31,186 nucleotides of DNA from Vicugna vicugna (lineage: Eukaryota): the NCBI GenBank assembly GCA_013265495.1, contig MU057887.1:4305668-4336853 (forward strand), given 5' to 3'. Shown here piece by piece: positions 21,655-31,186 of the stretch. The notes beneath the pieces were generated by a model that searched no databases, was not told where the DNA came from, and saw nothing but the letters and a program-made list of their open reading frames with translations. Every line of letters begins with the position of its first letter. Within the stretch, counting starts at the first letter, position 1. A program made the position numbers and the translations under genes.

Positions 21655-22740
21655 CTTTCAAAATAGTACTAAACAGAAGGAGAAGAAAGAGACAACCACA
21701 GACTAGGAGCAAATCTGTGCAAAACACGCACCTGGTAAAGGGATGGAATCCAAAATACACAAGAAACTGAATACTGAAAGGCGAGTGCTCTCAGTTCAAC
21801 ACCGAGAGAACAGCCTGATTAAAAGTGGGCAAAAGATCTAAGCAGACACCTCAGCAGAGAAGATATTTATCTGGTAACTGAGCACAGGAAAAGCCGCTCC
21901 ACACCTAGGTTGTCAGGGAAATGCGAATCAGGACAACAAGGAGGGCCAAAACCCAGAACATGGACAACACTGGATTCTGGTGAGGATGCGAGCAGCAGGA
22001 GCTCTCATCATTGCTGGTGGGAGTGCAGGAGGCCCTGGCCGCTTTGGAGACAGCTTGATGGTTTTCCACAAAACTAAACGTGCTCCTGCCACGTGGCCCA
22101 GCAGCGGTGCTCCTTAGTAGCTACCCAAAGGAGCCGAAAACTCATGTCCACACAAAAGCTGCACATGGAAGTTTACAGCAGCCTCGTTCATAACTGTCAG
22201 AACTTGGAAGCAACCAAGACGCCCTTCAGTAGGTGGTGGATAAATTAACTGTGGTGCATCCAGTGGAACGTTACTCAGTGCCAGAAAAAGTGAGCCATCC
22301 AGCCATGAAAAGACCTGGGGAACCTTAACTGCATGACACTAAGTGGCAGAAGCCGATCTGAAAAGGCTACACACTGTATGACTCCAGCTCCACGACATTC
22401 TGGAAAAGGCAGAACGACGGAGACAGTAGAAGATCAGGGGTGGCCCGGGGTTGGGGGACGGGTGAGGAGGGGAGCTCAGAGGATTTCAGGGCAGCGAAAC
22501 TACTCTGTGAGACACTGTCATGCTGGACACATGTCATCCTACATTTGTCCAAACCCACAGGATGTACAACCCCAGGACTGAACCCTGAGGCTTTGGCTAC
22601 AACAAACATCCAGCACAAAGATGTTAGTAATCAGGGAAGTTGGGGAGGGGTCAGGGGTATGTGGGATCTCTGTTTTCACTCAGTTTTTCTATAAATCTAA
22701 AGCTGAATTTAAAAAATCTATTAGTTTAAATTAAGACAAA
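21655..22740 (+). mobile_element. L1MC-type 3' end (ORF2 end plus 3' UTR)
   Basis: 'aaaagtgggcaaaagatctaagcagacacctc', 'catgtccacacaaaagctgcacatg', 'acatttgtccaaacccacaggatgtacaac'. Confidence 0.85.
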
Positions 22741-24270
22741 TAAGGCCAACTCCCAGCAAGACTCTGGGCTGCCTGAGGGCTAAGGAGGCTGAGGGGTCTC
22801 GGAGCCCCTCCCCGCTGGGTGGCACGTGGTTCAGTGAACGGGGAGATTGTGGGTCAGCAGAGACCACAGGGCCACCTGCTGTAGCTGAAGTGCATGTGAA
22901 CCGGGGTGAGGGGGAGCTGGGGAACGTGTCTGGTGGATGGGGACGTGGCTCGGCCCCGCCCTGTGCTGCACGGTGAGCCTCAGGCCCGGTGGGCGAAGGT
23001 GCACCTCCCTCAGCCTGGGCTCCTCTTGGCTTTGAGGGTCTTGGGGACATGGAGCTGGGTTAATCCCAGCCTCTGGTTACAAGTACGTGATGTCCTGGGC
23101 CCACACCAGCCCCATTAACTTCATCCAACTACGTCATCCAAGTTCATTCATTTAAAACTGATGAGCCCGTGCCTCAAGCCCCGCAGCAAGACTGGAAGAG
23201 TCCGTGTGAGAAAAACGGCACCCTCGTCCTCACAGCCCTTTCGCAGGCAGGACACCCTGAGTCCTGACACTGGGAGTCTTACTTACGAATTCACCCTCAG
23301 CTGTCTTCCAGAGAAACGCGCCTGCAGGGAGGTCGGGGGGAACTGAGCTTAGATAAGTGAGTGAGGTGCAGACCTTGGGAAGGATGAGTCCCCTGAGGTG
23401 GGTGACGAGACCCACCCCACACCCGTCCAGGAAACGGCCAGCTGTCTACTGAGATCCGACGTCTTCAAAATCAGCAGGACTGTGACGTGGGCTCCATGGA
23501 CTCTGGCCTCGTTAGTGGTATTTTCACAAAGGTCAACGCGGGAGTTCCACCAAAGGTCAGGATCCGCCTTCCTCATTGGCGGCTGTGTGGAAAAGCCTGG
23601 GCGTCGACTCTAACCACACATCCTGCTCACTCTCAGAGGGTTAGATCAGCCCAGACCGTCCACCAGCAACAGAGCAACCTGTCAGGGGTCCCCAGTGACT
23701 GCGTCAGGGAGGGCTGGTCCCAGAGCCTCAGGCTGCTCCTGCCTTCCCTCCAGGGTAAGAGGGGGGCCGGGGAGCTTCACTGCGGATTCTCACCAGGTGC
23801 CCCTGAGAGGAGAGGAACCTTCATTTAGCCAGCACAGACCCGGGGCAGCGTCTGGTCACTGGGAGGAAGCAGGCGGCACTGCCCAGAGGAAGACACACTG
23901 GCCTCGGGGGGCCCAGGGACTTAGCGGGGCAGCAGACATGAGGGCAGAGGAGTGGAAGGTCACGTCACCTCCGGTGGTTTTATTCTCTCTGCACCCCTGA
24001 GTGCTGTGTGGTAGCAACACTATACTCAGAGATTTGAACAGAGTGGAAGAGGTGTAATCGGGAAGCACATGTCCCTGATTTGAAAGTGGAGGACTCTGGG
24101 GGTGCTAGGGATGAGATGGAGGGACAGACGGGCGGGTGGGTAGACACAGACAGACTCAGAGGCGGAGTTACAGACACAGCTGGCAGACACATACATGTAC
24201 GCACACACTCATGCACAGATACATGTGACATTTACACAACTTCCTTTCAACAGGTACATTTATCTTTCTT

Positions 24271-25271
24271 TTTTCTTTTTTAAACTTTGCCAAACTTCTT
24301 TATTTTTTAATTTTTAATTTTTTGGAGATAAAGGTCTTTTTTTAAAATTTAATTTAATTAATTAATTTATTTTTTTACATTTTTTATTGATTCATAATCA
24401 TTTTATAGTGTTGTGTCAAATTCCAGTGTTCAGCACAATTTTTCAGTCATTCATGGACATATACACACTCATTGTCACATTTTTTTTTTTTGCTATGAGC
24501 TACCACAAGATCTTGTATATATTTCCCTGTGCTATACAGTATAATCTTGTTTATCTATTCTGCATTTTAAAATCCCAGTCTGCCCCTTCCCACCCCCTGC
24601 CCCCTTGGCAANNNNNNNNNNNNNNNNNNNNNNNNNNNNNNNNNNNNNNNNNNNNNNNNNNNNNNNNNNNNNNNNNNNNNNNNNNNNNNNNNNNNNNNNN
24701 NNNNNNNNNNNNNNNNNNNNNNNNNNNNNNNNNNNNNNNNNNNNNNNNNNNNNNNNNNNNNNNNNNNNNNNNNNNNNNNNNNNNNNNNNNNNNNNNNNNN
24801 NNNNNNNNNNNNNNNNNNNNNNNNNNNNNNNNNNNNNNNNNNNNNNNNNNNNNNNNNNNNNNNNNNNNNNNNNNNNNNATGTTTTGGCTATTGTAAATAG
24901 TGCTGCTATGAACATTGGGGTGCAGGTGTCATCCTGAAGTAGATTTCCTTCTGGGTACAAGCCCAGGAGTGGGATTCCTGGGTCATATGGTAAGTCTATT
25001 CCTAGTCTTTTGAGGAATCTCCACACTGTTTTCCATAGTGGCTGCACCAAACTGCATTCCCACCAGCAGTGTAGGAGGGTTCCCCTTTCTCCACAGCCTC
25101 TCCAGCATTTGTCATTTTTGGATTTTTGAATGACGGCCATTCTGACTGGTGTGAGGTGATACCTCATTGTAGTTTTGATTTGCATTTCTCTGATAATTAG
25201 TGATATTGAACATTTTTTCATGTGCTTTTTGATCATTTGTATGTCTTCCTTGGAGAGTTGCTTGTTTAGGT
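24271..25271 (-). mobile_element. Young 5'-truncated L1 (ORF2 C-terminus, 3' UTR, poly-A)
   Basis: Open ORF2 C-terminus [26 protein letters not shown]...CWRGC...HCWWEC. Perfect 14-bp TSD catttatctttctt at 24257-24270 and 25272-25285. Confidence 0.95.
24612..24878. other. Assembly gap (267 N)
   Basis: Run of n inside the young L1. Confidence 1.
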
Positions 25272-25744
25272 CATTTATCTTTCTTAGTTTAAGGGAAAGA
25301 AACCCTGATTTTTACTCTCATCCTCCCTCTCTACTTTCTGCCCTGCCTTCTCCATATAAAGGGAAAGATTGCATTGTCAGCATCCCTGTGGACAGAGCCG
25401 TGCTGCCTGCCTCCTCCCTTCCTCCCTCCTCTTTCCTGGTGCTAAACTTAACGTCTGAGTTCAGCAGTATTACAGAAAAACAGAACGGAGGCCACATCCT
25501 GACTTTACCCCCAGGTGGATGCTCACAAACCCGTAACCAAAAGATCAAACCGTCACAATTTCCCAGAAATGCTGACTTTGGTCTTAAACAAGCATGGTCT
25601 TTCTGCAGCTCCATGGCCCCAGACTGCACACACGTGAGAGTATGTGAGGAACACGTATGCATTTCTAGTGACTGGCCATGACAGAGAGCCACGGGTCCCT
25701 CATTTGGATTTATAACCAGAGCCGGGACTGCTGAGAGCACACTG

Positions 25745-25967
25745 TTTTTTTTTTCTCCCCTATAATTGAAGTATAGTCAGTTTACAATGTGGTGTCAATT
25801 TCTGGGGTACAGCATAGTGTTTCAGTCATACATACACATGCATATATTCATTTCCATACTTTTTCATTGTAGGTTACCACAAGGTATTGAATGCAGTTCC
25901 CTGTGCTGTACAGAAGAAACTTGTTGGTTATCTATTTTATATATATTAGTTAGTATCTGCAAATCTC
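25745..25967 (-). mobile_element. Short L1 3' end insertion
   Basis: Poly-T followed by 'ttgaagtatagtcagtttacaatgt..gttccctgtgctgtacag', similar to 24380-24580. Flanked by gcacac on both sides. Confidence 0.8.
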
Positions 25968-26718
25968 GCACACGTCTTAATCACCTTCCAAGTGGCAGTC
26001 TATCTGTCTGCAGACAGGTGGTTTCTCACGCAACAGAACATTCCCATCAGGAGACATTCACATCTGACTTTCCTGACAGGGGTCCTGGGCATGTGACCTT
26101 GGACCCTGGGCTCTGGTTCCGACCGCGTTCTTATCCCGACTCAGGAGTAGCTGTTCTTGGGGCCCCACCTGGGGGTGTGTGTTGGGGGCTCACATGGCAT
26201 TAACTCACAGGTTTAAAGTTAATTCACACAAAACATGGATGCAAGTGTGTCCAGAGGATCTATGTCCTGACCTACAGGTAAGAGTGTTTGGTGTTTTGAC
26301 CATAATCTTGAGACCACTGTCCTGTAGAAGCTTATGCCCAACTCATCTCAAAGGCGCAGGTTTGAGCACCTTCTGCCACCCCGTAACCATGGAAACAACC
26401 TCAGCACCAGTCCGAGAATGACTGCCTTATGCTAAAACTATGGGATTTTGCTTATTTTGAGCCATAAGATGTTATAATGTCCAAATGAGATATGTAGGTG
26501 GTAAACCATGAAACATTTAAGTCACTACTTCACAAATTTCACACACCAAGTACTGTTAGCTCACCTCTAAAAATCCCTATAAATAGGAGACAGTATTTTA
26601 AAAATTGGTAAATAAAACTCCACATGGAAGTGAAAAATAAGACATGGTTATTATTATTATTATTTTTAAAATGTTATCCCATAAGAGTACAGTTGACAGT
26701 GAAATTCTATGCCCTGAA

Positions 26719-26737
26719 ACACACACACACACACACA
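26719..26737. repeat. (AC)n microsatellite
   Basis: Directly visible. Confidence 0.85.
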
Positions 26738-28189
26738 AATACGTGCAGGGGAACATGGTCATTAGAAGTATCACCTGTACTTTTCCTACTGAAAGTTCTT
26801 CTCTTACGTCAGCATTAGTGCCTCCACCACTCCAATCTTCACTTCAAATCAGCAACAAAAATGTTGCTCTTTCTCCAATGTATAAAAAACAGAGGATGCC
26901 TTTTACCCCAGTTTTAGTTTATTACAATCCTTTTAGGCCCTGGGAAGTGGAGGAGAGTGGAGCCTCAGGGTTCCCCAGGGCAGCGGATGGCAGGGGGCTG
27001 TGTCCCGAGGTGATGCCCAGTGCGGGGCTGCAGGGACTCAGGTCCCCAAGATCTGGGTCAGCAACAGGTCTGGGCTCTCAAGATACAAATCAAGCCCCCC
27101 CCACCCCAGAATGGTAGGAACCAGACTATGTGTAACAATGAACTTGGGTAGATATGTGTGCTTGGGGTTGCAGGGAAGACTGAAAGAGAATCTCTGAGTG
27201 TGGGGGCTCAGGAATTATAACTAACGAGCTACTCAGATTAGTATTCACTTCATTAATACCAGTATTCTGCCCAGAGGTGATCCCTTGTAATATTTTAGAA
27301 TATACTTTCTTTTCTAAGTTATTTCATAATTATATTGTTTACTCAACACCTCCAGGTGAATAAATATACAGCTTCGTCAGCATTTCTAAAAAACAAAAAT
27401 ACAAATCAAGCTTTCCATTAAATGCGTGTTTTCCTGATTTTCTTTGAAGAAATTGACGAAACTCCCTCGGAGGGAAATAACACTGGCTCTTCTGTTTGGT
27501 GGGGAGAAGAGTGTGGAGCCACTTAATCTATTTTGCATTAGTCTTTGTTTTACCAGATCTTACTTTAATTTAAAATCAATTCACAGAATGTTGGAACATG
27601 TAGCGTTCAATAAAAGAGTCATTAGACAAATAGTGTTTTAAGTACAGATGTGCTCAGCCCTCTGCCGCAGTGCTATTTAGAGGAACAACCCCTGGACTGG
27701 CCATTCCAGAAGGATGTGCTGCTTCCTAAATAAAAATTTATCTTCACATCATACTTTGTACTAAGTCTCTAGTGATAAAAAGTTTCAACTAAATAATTTA
27801 GTGATATTGTGTTGCAGACTTCTTTTCCTCCAGATGAGTTTCAGGGAGGCAAATTTCTCTGCCAAAATTGAGATCTACTTTTTTGTTGTTGTTAAAATAA
27901 TATATTTAAGTAAATTTTAAAAAATCAAATAACATCAGTGGCTTATGCTGCAGAATATGACGCACTGGTAGACACCACTCAACCCATGTCCCTGGGCAGG
28001 TGCTCCGACACCTCTGCTCAGAGGCCCCCCTGCAGAATGAGCGGGTTAATGCAGGTAAAGGCTCAGTGGTTTTCTGGCCCCGGTGAGTCTTCACTGAGTA
28101 TGAGCACCCCCACCCCAGTCCTCCGCAGAGCACCTAACTACTCTCACTGACTCGCCAGGACCCACCTCCACTTTTCCAGGTTGGGTCTT

Positions 28190-29180
28190 TTTACATGTTC
28201 TTAACAGCTTTATTGAGATATAATTTATAAACCATACAATCTGCCCATTTAATTCAATGGGTTTTAGTACACTGGCCCCACAGGTCAATTTTAGAACATT
28301 TTTACCACCTCAAGAAGAAACCCCAAGGTCTTTAGCTGTGACCTCATGTCCCCCCTCCCCCTCAGCCCCAGGCAAGCAATAACCAGATTTCCAGCTCTTC
28401 AGATTCCCTGACTTGGTGTCAGTGGATCACATGCACGTGGGCTTCTGCGCCCGCTTCTCTCACCGAGTGTCGAGGTGTCAGCGTTCGTCCACCCGGAAGC
28501 TTCTTCAGTGCCTGGTCCCTTCCTGAGGTTGAGCAATGTTCCACTGTGGGGGCAGACATCACCTGCACCCTCTCACCCGCTGATAATGAGAAGGAAAAGA
28601 CAGGCTGGGCTAACAAAATAACTCGTAAATCGTGATAAGTGTCGGTTTAATGATCTCAGTTCTGCTGGGCTAACTTGTAAATCTGAAGTTTAGTAAGTGT
28701 CGGTTTACTGGGCTAATAAGCTAACTTGCAAATCCAAGCTCAACAAGTGTCAGTAACATGATCTGCTCCTAATAGATAAGCTCCATTGTACTGATTCCCT
28801 ACTTTTGCTGTTCACGCCTTATTGGCTAATAGCCCCATGCTTGTAATTAACCCTATAAAACCTCATGCACACATCTTGGAGGTGCTCAGAGCTTCGGAGC
28901 AAAAGCCCCTCTGAGCCCGCCGGTGTAATAAATCTGAGTACTCCAACCCTCCGAGTGGTGCTTGTTTCTTGGTTGGCCTGTCGTTTCCTTAACAATGGCC
29001 ATTTGGGTTGTTTCTGCCTCCTGGCTCTTGTGGATTTGCTGCTATGAACACTGGACACCAGCCCTTGTGCAGACATGGCTTCCTTTGTATTAGGTGTGGG
29101 CCTAGGACTGGAAATCCTGGATCCTCGGTGACTCTCTGTTTAACCCTCTGAGGAACTGACAGGCGTTTGGCAAAGTGGCT
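28190..29180 (-). mobile_element. L1MB-type 3' end interrupted by an LTR
   Basis: 'aacagctttattgagatataattt..ccatacaat', 'catttgggttgtttctgcc..tgctatgaacact', 'tgtttaaccctctgaggaactg'. Confidence 0.85.
28587..28994 (+). mobile_element. ERV solo LTR (about 408 bp)
   Basis: TG..AACA termini, U3 direct repeats, ATTGG near 28821, CTATAAAA 28853-28860, AATAAA 28927-28932. Splits the L1 motif 'gctg|atggccatttggg'. Confidence 0.85.
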
Positions 29181-29234
29181 GCTGCTGCTGGTCTTCCTGT
29201 GCCATCACATCAGCATCACACCATCATCATGAGA

Positions 29235-29590
29235 GTTAGTGAGCACCGAGTGGGCCAGGCATTCTCTGAGCTATGAATAGCCCCAAACCCAACCAACTCC
29301 GATTAAAACAGATGAATATCTGCCCGCGATACCCAGAAGTCTGCAGATAGTGTATCTGGCCTCCCAGGCATCCCGAGGGCCAGGACTTCATCCCTCAGAG
29401 TATGGTCATTGTGATGAAAAGATGGCTGCCAGGGCACCAGACATCACAACCACCTCTAAAGAAGAAGGAGAATGCATGTGGCCAGGTAGCAAAATCCACT
29501 CTTCTGTTCCTCTCTCCTGGCACTTCCTGGAGAGAGATGCAGCTTTCCCAGGACCCAGGAGTCTGTTTCCTGGTGGGATTCACTTTAGAT
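29235..29590 (-). mobile_element. Old ERVL/MaLR LTR fragment (MLT1/LTR33-like)
   Basis: 'aagatggctgccagggcaccagacatcaca' and 'gctttcccagga' motifs. Confidence 0.45.
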
Positions 29591-31186
29591 AAAGGGGAGG
29601 AGGACAGGCCACAGGGGTCCCAGGGACATTAGCGGCTGGAAGCCTCTTTCCATTTCTCTAGCAGGACTAACAGGTGAGAAGGGGTGGGGCGGGGTCCCTG
29701 AGGGAAGTCAGATGAAGCCGCCCCTATAAATAGATGGGGAGGGGACCCGCTGGAACCTTCTCTGGCCAGGTTTGAGGAGAGACTGGTGCTCACAACCCAG
29801 GGCTGAAGCCAACACAAGAGACCCCCCCACTAGGCCCCAGGATGTTGGGGAGATGTCTCCATCTCTCTTCATAAATCAGAGAAGGCCAGCTCTGAAATTC
29901 CTAAACTCCACAAAGCTCAGTGACTCTCAGCTGTGACCATTTTCCTGGGTCATCTCAATTTCTTAGCAGAAATCTTTGTCCTCCTTGGGATTTGGGAGCA
30001 TTTACACTTGTCTCTCACCTTGTCATTAGCACTCATGGAAGTGCTGAATTCGTGGAAACTTCCAGAAGGATCACCCATGCTTCTGAGGAGGATTTTGCTG
30101 TGTCTGACATCTCTCAGCCACACCTGGGCTTGTAGACCACCTCTCGATAATTCATCTCACAGCTTAGTAAATATTTATGGACTCTGATTTCAAAAGAAAT
30201 CCTAACACGAATACTGGAAAAACCAAGTGTTTCCAATTCAGTGTTTCAAAATCTTGGTTTATATTTTTCTGCAAAGATTTCTGTCTTTCAATGAAATCTT
30301 ACTTTCTGCTATCGTTTTAAAAACAAGAAAATTAACCTTTAAAGATTCTTTATGTTTTGAATACATGAAGCTTTATAGCCAAAATAAGTAAACTTTCAAT
30401 TTCATGTTCTCAGAAGCTGTTTGGAGGAGGGGCACTTCTGCCCATGTCTCTGGTTGAGAAGTCTCAGTGGGACTAATGGGATGTGAATGGGTTTGCCGCA
30501 CGCTGCTCTGGCGGTGTAGCCTTGTGCAGCCTGGTCTGAGGCAGGGCTCACAGGCTGCGCTTGGATCCCCTTAATGAGGGAGAACTTACAAATTCTCCAG
30601 AAAGTAACCAGCCTGCAAGGTTCCCAGAGTCTCATTGCAGTGGCTACAACTTGTTAGCATTGAAGAATTACTTCCCAACAACCCTTCAGATAAAAACTAA
30701 ATGAGATAAACAATTTTGTTTTACTTTTAAAAATTAAATTAAAGAATTGTTAAAGATGCTTTATTCATTTTACAGACTAGAATATTAAAGTTTGAAGCAC
30801 TTTATGAAAACCAGTCATTTGCCACCTGTTTTAAAAAAACAGATTTAATTTTATTTTAAGCCTCAGGATTATTTAAATTTTACCCACAGCTTGTTCAAAT
30901 AAGTAGCATTTAATTATACAGAAACAATTATACAAGTAGAATTCTAATCTAAAAAGTGCTAAAAAGGCCATATGGTAACATGGGTACATAAGTCCTATAT
31001 CCTTGGATGCAAGAAATTCTAGTTTCAGGTGATTTTTCACCTTGAATAATTAGTCTACACTTATGGAATTAAACAAAATTGTCACTTGATATTTGAAGAT
31101 GAACATTTCATGTAAATTAATCTAATAATAGCAACATATCACATTTACAAAACCTCTGTGATAATGGTAGCTTGTTCATTTTAAAA

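Noticed and set aside
24387..24937. + strand ORFs spanning the N run
   Set aside because: Artefacts of translating through the gap
27420..28100. Possible + strand exons with donors near 28054 and 28083
   Set aside because: No recognisable product or consistent frame; isolated splice-like motifs are common by chance

Overview
Mammalian genomic DNA, most likely camelid (two tRNA-derived SINEs resembling the camelid Vic-1 family). The one firmly recognised gene is RABL2 on the minus strand: CpG-island promoter and non-coding first exon(s) at about 10.6-11.0 kb, and first coding exon at 9130-9024 (MAGDKAKPYELDQEKYDADDNVKIICLGDSAVGKSK). I did not find its later exons, so they probably lie left of the window beyond a LINE-rich intron of more than 9 kb. 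Bases 1-5900 are a nested stack of L1, L2, SINE and solo-LTR insertions. Between 14.9 and 17.6 kb there are exon-like segments on both strands: a decayed type-II C-type-lectin-like set on +, and a codon-biased 152-bp exon plus an F-type-lectin-like motif on -. A short TTAGGG/TCAGGG telomere-like array lies in the same stretch. These gene-relic calls are tentative. The rest is intergenic, with L1 3' ends (one young copy with a TSD and an N gap), ERV/MaLR LTRs and small tandem duplications. Repeat family names come from recalled consensus features, not a database search.
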